DNA of 63,849 nt, the filler included, from Choristocarpus tenellus KU-1152 (lineage: Eukaryota > Protista > Phaeophyceae), in the NCBI GenBank assembly GCA_964200185.2. It is 13 parts of 13 records of this genome, joined end to end, with 100 filler letters (N's around TTAATTAATTAA, not from the genome) between each part and the next. Parts side by side here need not be neighbours in the genome. Positions count along the whole stretch, not along the records: positions 52,364 to 57,122 come from CAXNAD020013166.1; positions 57,223 to 60,529 come from CAXNAD020020903.1; positions 60,630 to 63,849 come from CAXNAD020021446.1; 10 more parts are not named here. The stretch is one strand, 5' to 3'. Below the pieces are notes generated by a model. That model saw only the letters and a program-made list of their open reading frames with translations, did no database searches and was not told where the DNA came from. Numbering within the stretch: position 1 is the first letter of the stretch; each line of letters begins with the position of its first letter. Made by a program: the position numbers and the translations under genes. Below, piece after piece: positions 52,264-63,849 of this stretch.

Positions 52264-54283
52264 NNNNNNNNNNNNNNNNNNNNNNNNNNNNNNNNNNNNN
52301 NNNNNNNTTAATTAATTAANNNNNNNNNNNNNNNNNNNNNNNNNNNNNNNNNNNNNNNNNNNNCCCCTCCTCCCTTTCAGATACTTTTGAGCCCACTCAG
52401 TGTTTACTCACCAATGTTTTTTTTGCAAGTAGTGGGAGATACTGTTTAGGTCCTGTAACAAGGTTGTCACTATGAGACTTAGGCACCCTATGAGAAGTTT
52501 TTTTCGTTGAGGTGTTGAACTTGAAGAAGCTCTCGGTGGTGTGTTTGTGATGTGGAGATGCATCCCGCCTTTTATCCCTGATTTGCCATGGGGCTTACCA
52601 GTGAGTAGATATTGCAACAGTTATCGGGTAGACACGATGTGGGCGATGAACTAGTGTAGTATACACAATAGATACTAGCTGGCAAGCCTCACTGCACACG
52701 AGGGAGGATAGTAAGGGTACTAATGTACTGTAGTATTGTGAGTTGCATCAGAGTAGTCTGTACTTACTACGGAGAGAGGCAATACTCAATATTTTGGAAT
52801 ATCCTTTGAAATCTTCGAGATGGACAAAATATATATATATATATGTATGGTTTGAAACGTGGGGGCAGGCAGACCTAGGTCCATGTTGAATCAAAGATTC
52901 AGGCCATTTTAGGGTTAGGTTGGAGAGGATGCTTTGGTCCTCCAGAGTAGATTCCGACAATCAGGCTTATTTACCCTAACCCTAAGCTGTATCGTGGGTT
53001 GATGGTGTTACTATACCTTGATCGATGTACTAGGACATTGGGTTTCACCATCCTGTATGTGTTCGATAGGATGCATGGACCAGTACCATATTTTGCAGTG
53101 TTTTGATTGGATGCCTCTGATCCTTGGTTTAGAATCTGTGCTACAGTTTGGCCTGTTCATGGCGTGATGCCTGTCTCCGTAGTATCAATTCCTTGGAATG
53201 ATGATCTTGATCTGTATTGGGTACGTCTTTGTTGATTGAAATAGCTGCGGCTGTAAAGTGCTGAGCCTTGTCTTAGATATTCGTCCTTGTAGACCATGGC
53301 AGTTGCACCTTCCACTTCCTTCTCAAGGACCTTCTCAAGGAACCTCCGGTGTTGAACCCTAAGCATGGGAAGGCGTGTTTTCCTCTCTTCTATCAGAGGT
53401 TGGGACTTCTTACACGACTACTGCTTCTTACATTCGCACACACCCCAAGCGCTTTGGGATGGTACCCAGACCCTTCAATGACACTTTCATCCCGATGTTA
53501 GAACACATTTACCTGCGAGTGTGGTGTAAAGATGAAGGGTCTGATTCCATCTCGTTATCCTGTGGTTTTTGAAGGGTCTTGCACCTGTTATCAGAGTCTG
53601 CCTCGAACAAACCCCTCTCCCAGCCCCCAAGGCGCTAGCTAAAGGTCTCCCCTTTCTCCTTCCAAGTTTTAGTGATGTGGGAAACATCATTGTACCGCAC
53701 ACACACTGTGACTAAGCAGTCAGCCTCAACCACCTCACTTTGACCCGTATACTTGTCGATTACAAACTGGTAGTACAGGATCAGAAGCACATGTGCCTGC
53801 CCCCTAGGACAGTACCTCTCCGGCGACCGACTTATCGACTGTCTCCATTTGCTCTTTGGCATCAACTTCCGTAAGTTTTTGGGTGTTTCATCTGGTGGCA
53901 TTCTAGTCCTTTGCCCTTGCCCCATCTTTGGTTTGCACCTACCCCCCCCCATCTATTTTTTTGCAGTGTCTGCTTGTTTCTCACGTTTGTCTTGTTCCCC
54001 ACCCAGAGACTCCTTGAAAGGGGTGTCACTGCTTCTGGATAGGTTTTGATTCTTGGAAATCACCATGGATAGGTTTTCTGCGTCTGGTCTTCTTCCCTGA
54101 GAACCAATCGGAAGAGGTCTTCCTCACCTTCCATGTGTATCCTCTCCGATTGGTGAGTCCTCTCCAAGTCACATGTCATAGAGTCCGTCGGGACTTGGAA
54201 AAGAAGACATGTGATATGTTCCCGTGTTGATGGCAACAGTTAATTGTTTAGAGATAGGCATCAAGTGTTCCACCAACTTGAAG

Positions 54284-54352
54284 GTTAGGGTTAGGGTTAG
54301 TAGCCTCTCACACGTACTTGTCACACGAGGTTAGGGTTAGGGTTAGGGTTAG
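54284..54352 (+). repeat. Interstitial TTAGGG arrays (others at ~289-337, 6680-6694, 56636-56659)
   Basis: 2-4 tandem TTAGGG units per site. Confidence 0.85.
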
Positions 54353-55034
54353 AGCGAACGCGCCGCGCATAGAAAAAAAAACCCTTGTAATTAGAGAACA
54401 ACCAACACCGACTGAACAAAAATTTGAAAAAGAAAAATCTGTTTGTTTTTTTGAAGAGATCATTGATCACGAGATGATAATAATAATAATAATAATAATT
54501 AGAGATGAATGCATCCCCTCTATAGTAGGGTATGACTAGCATGACTATCCCCAGGTGCATGGTTAGGCTGACCACTGAGTGTTTACTGCGCCAGTTAATT
54601 ACCCACGTCACCAGCTGGTGCAATGTGTGCTCTGTGGCCGATTAACTGGTGCAATATGTGCTCTGTGGCAATTGTCACTACACAGCGGGGTATAGTAAAC
54701 GCAGTGGTGTAGGACTTGGATAACTATCCTCTGCTGTATTGTGCTGTATTGTGCAGCATGCCACCAATATTTGTCACATCAATTCATGAGCCATCTTACG
54801 GAGAACTTCTTCTATCTGTAACCAGTAGTTAGTTTGAGATACCAATGAGGTTGACTGAATACCTTGATTATATCTTGATTATATCTGTACTGGTCGGTAC
54901 AATTGAGAGCTCTCTCCCCTGAGACATATTGGCCACGCTTGAATCGAAGAGTAAGGTGAAGATTCGTTCAAAGATTCGATAACTATGGACGTGAGTAGTT
55001 CGAACATCCAGAGTAGGAGATGTCTGCCCTGTTG

Positions 55035-55206
55035 GATGAGAAGATGTAGATGAGATGCTGGATGAGAAGATGATAGATGAGATGTTGGATGAGAAGATGG
55101 TAGATGAGATGTTAGATGAGAAGATGGTAGATGAGATGGTAGATGAGAAGATGATAGATGAGATGTTGGATGAGAAGATGGTAGATGAGATGTTAGATGA
55201 GATGCT
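55035..55206 (+). repeat. 27-bp minisatellite, about 6 units
   Basis: GATGAGATGTTGGATGAGAAGATGGTA repeated with few substitutions. Confidence 0.95.
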
Positions 55207-57016
55207 GCGTGTGCCGGTTGGAAAAGGGGTAGTTAGTTTGTACCACAACAGGTTGCTGTTTGTAAAGTATATTCCACCTCACACCTTACACCTTACAGGG
55301 AGGTAAATAAATGTACGCGCACTGAGTGAATAATGGGTTAATGAGCTTTGTTGTTGTTGTTGTTGTTGGTTGTATTTTTTATTATTTCTTGTCTCAGAGA
55401 GGGGAGTTTTCGTTGCGATTTCACCCGCCGTGCGCCTTTGTGGGGAAAAAAGAAAAAGTTGACTTCCGGGAGTTTTTTTTTTATGGACTGTTACTGTTTG
55501 TTCCTTTGTGGTTTGGTGAGGGACGAGTTGTGCCTCTTGTGTGAAAAATAAAAAATGTTTACTTGATGTGATCGGTCCAGAAATCTATGCCCAAGCCACA
55601 CACACACACAGACACAGACACACACCTCCCCCCCAAAAAAATGATGCCCTTTTTGTGGACACTCACTTACATACTGAAGGACACGTCCTCCGTCCCCCAG
55701 ACTGGAAATAACAGTCCTGATTGCAGAACAATACAAGCACGCATCAGAGAGTTAAGTTAAGAGTGTCATGTTTTGTTTTTCTGGTGTTAGTTGTCGTGTT
55801 GAGAGATCAAGAATGGCGATGCTTGTGAGAGGATAGTTGTTGAGTGAAGGAGATAGCGGCACAGAAAATATTATTGTATACCAGAGGAGGCTTTCACCTC
55901 CTTATACTTGCTTTCTATGAAGAGGAGAGGAAGAGGAAGATCTCCGTTTAGTGAGATATTGCCCATACTGATACTCCTGCTGCTTATTTGTTGCACGTGA
56001 AATTTGAATTTCAAATCCTACCCCTACTGGTTGTTATTGTTAACATGGTGACTCAATGTAGTGGACTGCCTAACAAATTGTGCGGACCAAGAGGGGGACC
56101 TGGGACTTCCGGCCCCTCCCGTTTCTGAGTATCAATAACTGGGTAGGTTGTGACCCAAATGATCACCAGGTTCTTTCAGTCAAGGGGTGCTGTGCAGGAG
56201 ATGATTAATACCCATCAGTGGTCTCTCATGGACACAGACAGGCATCTGAGAAGCAATCGGTGTATGCTCCAGGTAGACAGACACCTGTAAGTTGGCTCGT
56301 CCTTCATCACTTTTTTTGGGTGTAACTGTTGACAACTATACACATCTCTATGACCTGTGCTGCCGTTTGGCTGGAGCCAGCGGTGTGTATAGGACCTGTG
56401 TGGCATTTCAGTTCATTTGGTGATGATGTGGTTTTCACGCCAACTCTACTATAGACACTCAACTTCAAGGTGTGGTCTTCCTCCTGTAGCGGTTGAGATA
56501 AACTTCTCACTACAGAGAGGCAACCTTGAATAAATATATAATTTATATAATTATATATATATATATATATATATAAGAAATATATCAGGCAAATGGTTTT
56601 GTAAGAATTGCACACCAGGTTGGACAGGGCAGGAAAGGGTTAGGGTTAGGGTTAGGGTTTTTGTTGGTGGAAATTTGCTGCCCGTACCTCCTCAAGCCAT
56701 GCCCGTCTGAGAGACACTCAGACAGGTACCATAAGACGGGTTGCAACTATCAGGAAAGAGCCAGTGGGGTCTTTGTTGCGCACTGGCTCTTCGAGCGTAC
56801 ACCGCAGACTGCGGCAGGTTCGATCCTGAAGGAAAACAGGCCCTCGTACCACACACTCAGAGTACTTCTGGAGTCCTGGCTTCTGCCTCCCATCCCCAGT
56901 GGTACTACCCCAAAGGTGTAGTTATACCCTAACCCCTAGGGCGGTCACAATCGACTGCAAAAGAGGCGTTTGCGGATAGGGTTAGGGCTATCTGCTGCTG
57001 CAGCTGTTAGTCCTGC

Positions 57017-57069
<53 letters not shown>

Positions 57070-59419
57070 CCTCGCCCCCCGCGCTGGTCTGGCGTGCCTG
57101 TCACCTCCCCCCCCTCCCCTCTNNNNNNNNNNNNNNNNNNNNNNNNNNNNNNNNNNNNNNNNNNNNTTAATTAATTAANNNNNNNNNNNNNNNNNNNNNN
57201 NNNNNNNNNNNNNNNNNNNNNNCCCCCCCTCCCAGATACTTTGGGTCCAAGTTCCTCCACATTGATGCCCATGCATTCAGAATTTTCTTTCCTCGATGAG
57301 CACACATTTGGATATCAATGATAACGTCAACCTTGGGTTGCAAACTTCCTCCAAGAGCTTCATGAATGCTTTCGGATTGCTTCTGAACCAGCTGCTAATG
57401 TGCTTGAAGTCACCCTTGGCGAGAGTGTCGTCTTTGCTGCCTTGATTCGGCTCATCTACCATTACCCTCTCCTCAGCAATTGTCAGACATTTTGTCTGCA
57501 CCCCGTGGGGGATAACTAGACTAACATTTCACTTTCATACAGCACTGTATCGGTTTATATAGTGGGAAGCACAAAGATCATCAGTCCCTGTCATAGAAGG
57601 ACAAACAGGTAAAAAGAACTGGGAGAGAGAGTGCTGAGGTGGTTGTATCCATACGTAGGACTCTGTTAGTGGTTAATTTATTGCCATACCTGGATGACAC
57701 TCAACATCGCGATACTTGAAAAACTTCAAGCTGAGAAATTCAAGGGGAAAACTGGAAAGCGATCAGAAAAAAGGTTGCAGTCAAAGTTCCAAGAGGATCG
57801 TTTTTAAGGATGCCAATCGAAGAGTGGGGTGGGTACACTTGCAGAAGAGACCGGAGTAGATGGTACAGGAACCAAACATTTCATAGAAATCCGTAATGCT
57901 GCTAAGAAGATGGGTGCAGCAATAGCTATTGCAGGTAGCACGCCAATCGAAAATGGCCACATTCGCCAAACACATGCGTGCCATTGCCTCCTGGTGACCT
58001 TTGAGCTAAACCTATCGAAAGGTAGACAGATTTTGGAACCTTTTACATTCTAAGTCATCTATCTGTCTTATCCTGTTTGATCACTGTATTTCGTAGCTTT
58101 CATACAAGCGTATACACATCAACACTACCCCTTTCCACACAAGTCACACCACAATTAAGCAAAGACTCTGTAATCGTACAAAATATCATATTTTTGCCCT
58201 TTCTCAGGATCCGTACAATGCAACCCCGCCTACCTCTCAGTTGGTTTGACATTTTATTGGGTTGGAAATGGGGTTTGGTGGGTGGAGGTCCTCACACATT
58301 CGTTTTGGAGGTGTAAGTAGGAAGAAGGTGATCTATACCTCAAACAGACATTTCTACAGTACCTTTTTATGACACCGACTCCAACACAGGATGAGGTTGT
58401 GTAGCAGAGTGGGAGAAAGAAGCTCGGAAGACATCACCCCCTTTCCTGCCTCACTGGGTGACACAAGATGGCATCTGCCCTCTGCCGCACTGGCGCCTTG
58501 AAGGTCAGCCAGTGAAGGATGAATCGGGCAGGTCCTAGCTGAGAATTGAAATAGACAAGGGCAAAAGCGATCGATAGAGAGGGCGTGAATGGGCGTTACG
58601 AATGCTGGAAGTTGCACAATTGCTGACCTGATTATTTAGGGCATCTCTCCATAGAGATTTTTCTTCTGTATCATATGGTCGTCTTGCTGGGACTGACAAG
58701 CCTCGGTGAAGGCGAGGATTTGGGGCCTCTTGCCTATTTATTACTACTTAGTGGCGAAACCACACTGGGAAAGGGATTACAACTATTGGGGCTCCGCATG
58801 CAGAACATGTTGCATGAAGCCTATGCGTTTTACGGGTTAGCATGTTATACAGTTTCGAACCTACCCTTACTCTCGCTTGCACTTTTGGTTGGAGCGTGGT
58901 TAGGGGAAGTAGGCCTGTTTGAGGACAGTGGCAGGTCTTGGCAGACATAGAGAGATCGGGCTCACTGGGAAGCAATGGGATAAGCCTTGTTTTGCGGATG
59001 TGTGCGTGGCTGCAGGATTGGGTGGCAAACATATTTTGTGCACGTTGGACCCTCCAAGAATAGCTTAACCTAAGACCTCCACATTTATTTCGAGTCGCCA
59101 CCCTTTCTATGTGGGTGTCCTATTCCTCCTCCATCGCCCTACCGTTTTCCGGCGGATGGGTGAGGCGATACTAAACTTTCTTCAGTAAGTTAGGCACTCA
59201 TAGAGAGGGAAAGGGTGATTCCTTATCAGTCACCATTCATTAGGTAATTTGCTTACGCTTGCCGCATTGCATTTATGTCACCTATTTACCGCATTAGGTG
59301 GCAATAGTCCTGAAATGAGTTTGACCAACTGACACTTGCTACATTACAGGCTAACCTATCGTTCTGATTCACCCACACAAATCTTCTCTCCATTTTGCGA
59401 CCTTCTTGACCTGATACAG

Positions 59420-59551
59420 ATGCAGGCTGCCAGGGCCATCACCCGCCAGTGTGCGGTGGGTATGCGTGGTATGGCTGCAGCAGCCCAGGTAGCGGAAGCG
59501 CCGCTGTACCCCGACACAATCCTGCAGGCCCCAAAGACAGATATGGCCGAG
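59420..59551 (+). CDS. Probable first coding exon of mitochondrial processing peptidase beta subunit / complex III core 1
   Basis: MQAARAITRQCAVGMRGMAAAAQVAEAPLYPDTILQAPKTDMAE: Arg/Ala-rich presequence followed by YP..L.AP.T, the stretch that precedes L.NGLRVASE in MPP-beta; GTTAG donor at 59552; next exon not found in contig. Confidence 0.68.
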
Positions 59552-60629
59552 GTTAGTTTTGAGAGGGAAGTGACATAGCTGCCCTATGACACTTGGGACA
59601 GAGGGGGGGTGATTAATTCCATTTTGGTTTTGTTAGTATTCAGCAGTTAACTCAGGAAGTACCGAATTGTGATCTATTGTTGTTGAAAGCTCAGCAGGAA
59701 TAGTGACCTTTTGAAAGCAATTTCTTGCACTGAATTTGTTCTATTACTTTTTCAAACCGTGTAGACTACATATTGTATACCTCACGCACATGTGCTTCTT
59801 AGCTCTTGTGGCCGTTAATTTCTTAGTTTTTGGCCTTTCCATATACACACAGATCTGACTTTGTGTTTCGAAGAATGTTTTCTTTCTAGGTTCTCCATGT
59901 AACTATATATATATATACGTGTGTATAAGCATTCCAGTCCTTAGGCAAGCTGGAGAACATTGAAGGTTAGATTGTGTCTGTTTGCTTTTGAGAGTGGATT
60001 TTATATCACAAAATAATATGTGCTGTAAAGACGGGATGTGATTTGTTGCTGCCCATCAGAAATTGTGATATTTCCCTGATATGTGCCAAATCTAGAGGGG
60101 CATTGTGCCCAAATTGGAAAGTGGTACGTCTCGGGCGGGATGAGAGCAGTGGACTGTTTGGGTGTTAAATATATGCATGGTATGAAAAGAGGCAATCATG
60201 TTGTCAGGTGAAACAGGTTTTGAGATAGCATCTTGCAAAACGTATGTTTTTGGCGTTTCAAGGTCATGATGTAGCACTCAACGTGGGTGATGCACGTGGG
60301 GTCGCAAGCTGATCACAATCGGACGTGATTTTTTTGTTATTCGCCGAGCAACCCCTCCTTTTTTTTATTATTTATGAACATGTTTTCTTTATTCGGGAAT
60401 TGAATCAACAGTAAGTTTCATCTCGATACATATTTTTCCTGATCGTTTTTTTTTTTTTTTTTTTTGTGTTTTGGGGGTGGGGGAAGGTCCTGCCTGGGTT
60501 GCACACGGTTGGTTGGTGATTGCATTTATNNNNNNNNNNNNNNNNNNNNNNNNNNNNNNNNNNNNNNNNNNNNTTAATTAATTAANNNNNNNNNNNNNNN
60601 NNNNNNNNNNNNNNNNNNNNNNNNNNNNN

Positions 60630-61261
60630 GGATCTTTTTTCCGTTCCCAACAAGTTTCTCGCAAGTCCAAACAATACCTGCCACGGGTTCCCAGCTTACG
60701 TCTTTAACTCGCTTTTGTTTCCCACCTCGCCCGGATCCAGCATGAATGTAGCCTTCTACAAAACTACTTTTGGCATACTTCTCAAGGGTCATTAGCGCGG
60801 CGTTGTCACGTGTGTGATCACTGGTCGGCCGAAGCCAGTGAATATCCACCCCACACTCCCCGTCCTCGCCGACGCGCTCCGCTAGGATCTTGCTGAACAA
60901 GAGCGATTTTCGTACAGACGGGAATGTCGGCCGCGAGCATAGATCCCCATCCAGGTCCCAACTTAATCACAGGTATACGGTCGCCTACGAAGTGCTTGCG
61001 ATCGCGGCGGTTCTCACACGCCCGGATGATGTCCTGCTCTTTGGCCAAGGTGGGTGCAAGGAAGGATTCGCCATCTGTTTCAAACTTCTTCTCACAGGCT
61101 AAGCGCTTGCAGCAGCCATGCTGTTCGTTGACCTGGATGGGTTCAACCCACCCCAGTCGAAGCTTGGCGCCTGTCACTGAAGCGTCATTGGCATGAAGCT
61201 CCAGCGCATCATTGTTGGTCGCCTGGTGAGGGGGCAACACAGGGGGAGACGTAGGCGACAA
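60630..61261 (-). pseudogene. Frameshifted coding region, possibly the C-terminal domain of a Sola-type transposase
   Basis: Two overlapping ORFs join by one frameshift near 60900 into ~200 codons; KIL...VDIHWLRP...IVWTCEKLVGNGKKI resembles transposase C-terminal beta-rich domains; probable acceptor near 61224. Confidence 0.4.
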
Positions 61262-61368
61262 ACGTCACCCCCTTCCTGTGGAAGCAACTGGTATGGTCTT
61301 TTCCAGCAACAGGTGGTCTTGGGCAGTGAGAAGGTGTAGGAGTGATTAGATTCGAAGACGAGCGTATG

Positions 61369-61781
61369 AACTTTGTTTGATCCTCAGGCGATCGGTGGGA
61401 CCACCCTGAGATCCATGATCCTGAAATTCCGTGCGTTACATTTTTCGGAAGTTGTAGATCAGATTATATCCGTGATTTCTATTCTTAAAAAATCCAATTA
61501 TATCAGTGGTTTGTATTTTTTAATATACCAATCACATACTTAATTGATATTGTACATTCCCAATGTTCCAAAACCAACTTTGTTTGATCCTCGGGAGATC
61601 GGTGGGACCACCCTGAGATCCATGTTCCTGAAAATCTGTGCGTTTCATTTGTTGGAAGTTGTAGATCAGATTCTATCTGTGATTCTATTTTTTTTAAATC
61701 CAATTATATCAGTGATTTGTATATTTAAGATACCAATCACATACTTAATTGATCTTGTATGTTTCCAATTTACCGTAACCA
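61369..61781 (+). repeat. Tandem duplication, 2 x ~207 bp
   Basis: Units start AACTTTGTTTGATCCTC at 61369 and 61576. Confidence 0.95.
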
Positions 61782-62087
61782 AAACGTCAAAAAACAACTC
61801 TAACCCTCTACATATTTGAAGTACAAAATCTTACCAAATCGGACATATGGATTGTCATAAACTGTAGAGATGATAAAAAGTGGTTCTTTGGGTAAAACTG
61901 ATCAACGCGGATCTGGAAGACCTAAATATGCACTTTACACGTGCGTTAGGGTTTTTTTTAATTGTAAATCCAGTAATAATCGTTCTTAGGGTTTTTTAAA
62001 ATACCAAGAATGCACTTTATGGGTCTCACACGTTTCCAATTTTCAGAAACTAAAAGGACAAAGGACACTTCCAACTGGTACCCACTA

Positions 62088-62137
62088 TTTATTTAAATAC
62101 TAAACCCGCTTTTCGGCGTCTTTAGTATTTAAATAAA
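62088..62137. repeat. Perfect 17-bp inverted repeat with 16-bp spacer
   Basis: TTTATTTAAATACTAAA - CCCGCTTTTCGGCGTC - TTTAGTATTTAAATAAA. Confidence 0.92.
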
Positions 62138-62660
62138 CACTAGAGACCACAAAAAAGCGGATCTATGGTATTCAAGATCCGTGCGAATCTTGTTTACCGC
62201 TGAACACCCAAAACACGTGCGTTAGGGTTTTTCCAAAATTAGAATGATATTCTAATCTTTACATCAAGAAACACAGATACAAACCACATCCTTCATTGAT
62301 CTAATACATTTGAAACGTACGAAACGAAAAGGTCACAAAAATACAGGTACTCTCTGTCCCAGTTCAATATGAAATCGTATGCTGTTTGATATTCGTATTT
62401 TTTATATCACAATTCTCATAGAAATTGTGAAATCTGAGTTTTGAGGATCGACAGACCAGATGAAATAAAACAGCACCTCCCATCCCTCAGTCCTCATCTC
62501 AATTCATTCCCTTCCGTAGATACCACGCAGACCTCTTACTTATCCATCCCCATCACACCCTCCCAATCCATGCCATGTCCAACATTCCTCAACAACAACC
62601 CCCCCGCCCGCCGATGTCACTGCCAACGGATCCAGAAAATGGGACTTAACTCTGAAGGGC

Positions 62661-63602
62661 ATGTCCCAGCTCCTAGAGCATCACTACCTCAGCTCATACA
62701 AGATGAAACTCACAAACATCACATGCACAGAGATGGTGCGTCCTTTAAGCGAGCGTGGCCTTGCGCACGTGAGGAAGTCTATAAAGGAGAAAGGCTGGCT
62801 GGAGCAGTTTGCTCCAAGTGTTGTCATCCAGCGAGACTGTTTAGGTAATGTGGATCAGCTCAACACCAAAACTGCGCTTGCCATTGAAGGGCGTGTATTG
62901 GACGGAAACCATAGAATAACGGTGCTGAAGAGAGAGTTTGATCCCGAGCGCGCTTTTACCATGCGGATCTACATGGAGTTCAACCAAGCAGAAGAGAGGC
63001 TAATTGCCAACGGTGGGTTACGGAGTGTTTTCGTTGTACCATAATCGCCTGACTGTTCTGATCAACTAAACAATAAAGTAAGTTGAGTGTTCTCGTTGAT
63101 CCATGTTCGCCTGATGACTATTACCATCAAGTAAGCGACAAAGTAAGTTGATAATCATGACGTTGTTCCATGATCGCCTAACCATTCTGATCAACTAAGC
63201 ACCGAAGTAAGTTGAGTGTTTTCGTTGTTCCATGATCGCCTGATGAATATTCTGATATACGAAGTTGTTGCCGAGTTTCCCTTGCTATGTTCATTGTCAG
63301 TCAGTCCATTGTGGATCTTTTCGTTGCTCATCTTTTTTATACCTCGTGGTATTCCTGTCCACAGCAACATGTTTCTCGGTGCCGCAGGCCGCGTGTGTCC
63401 CGCGACCGCTCCCCACCTAACCCTTGTCCCATTCGCCCTCTGCACCGCCATGCTTATAGCATTCAATGACGCGACCGAGAGTGTGGTTGAGCGCACGTTA
63501 TACGATAAGATATATTTTCAGCACGAGCTCCAAGAAGCTATCAAGCGACAGGCGAAGAAGAAAGAAGTGTCACTAGCAGAGATCCGCAGAATATACCAAA
63601 AT
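62661..63602 (+). CDS. Spliced ParB/Sulfiredoxin-fold domain protein, partial (exons 62661[or 62636]-63012 and 63460-63602)
   Basis: VRPLSERGLAHVRKSIKEKGW..PSVV...RVLDGNHRITVL is a ParB N-terminal pattern; phase-1 GT-AG intron 63013-63459 with CTAAC branch site at ~63417 gives LIAN-A-FNDATESVVERTLYDK; next donor GTGAG at 63603. Confidence 0.82.
63028..63260 (+). repeat. Intronic tandem repeat, ~62-70-bp unit, about 3.5 copies
   Basis: TCGTTGTTCCATGATCGCCTGA and AAGTAAGTTGA blocks recur. Confidence 0.85.
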
Positions 63603-63849
63603 GTGAGAGAGTTGTCGACATTGGTGGGATGGTCGCGCTCTACTCCTCCTCTAGTTGGTTTACTGCTGTTGCGAGATATCTCTGTGTCCTGCTATTCAAC
63701 CAAAGTTGAGTTAGTTATCCCTCGTTTAGATACCCTGTCAACCAACCTACTGATTTTCGGGTGACCATGTGTATGTATGTGTGGTTAACCACATACGCGC
63801 AATAAAAAGCGTTCTTGATTGTTTTATCGACGGTGTTGCCTGAAACCCC

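Noticed and set aside
55035-55206. MLDEKMVDE repeat protein or CRISPR-like array
   Set aside because: Head-to-tail 27-bp minisatellite without unique spacers; open frames follow from the unit being a multiple of three
6199-60629. Regularly recurring TTAATTAATTAA palindrome
   Set aside because: Always centred in exactly 100-bp N spacers; an assembly linker, not biology
63216-63764. 182-aa ORF as a stand-alone membrane protein
   Set aside because: Only 63460-63602 is the AG/GT-bounded exon continuing the ParB-like frame; the hydrophobic parts are pyrimidine-rich intron

Overview
Eukaryotic, repeat-rich genomic DNA made of 13 separate contigs joined by artificial N44-TTAATTAATTAA-N44 spacers, so adjacency across spacers carries no meaning. 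The host is probably a stramenopile (brown-alga-like), inferred from the MPP-beta N-terminus style, TTAGGG repeats and DD39D mariners. Content: (1) more than 20 copies or ends of four related MITE subfamilies sharing a G(A/G)NYCAAAG(T/C)ATYT terminus, two copies of a larger element with that terminus carrying an unknown spliced gene, and a Sola2-type transposase fragment; (2) degraded Copia and Gypsy internal regions, solo LTRs and mariner fragments; (3) host exons for ASNSD1 and probably MPP-beta, and an isolated 18S fragment. The most notable signal is two divergent, intron-containing ParB/Srx-domain genes on separate contigs (62661-63602 +, apparently intact as far as visible; 44160-45049 -, decayed). 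Each lies head-to-head with a fragment tentatively resembling a Sola-type transposase, suggesting a DNA transposon family carrying a ParB-like gene. The MITE family also shows both exact 3-bp and 4-bp target-site duplications. All family assignments come from motif recognition by eye; no database searches were run.
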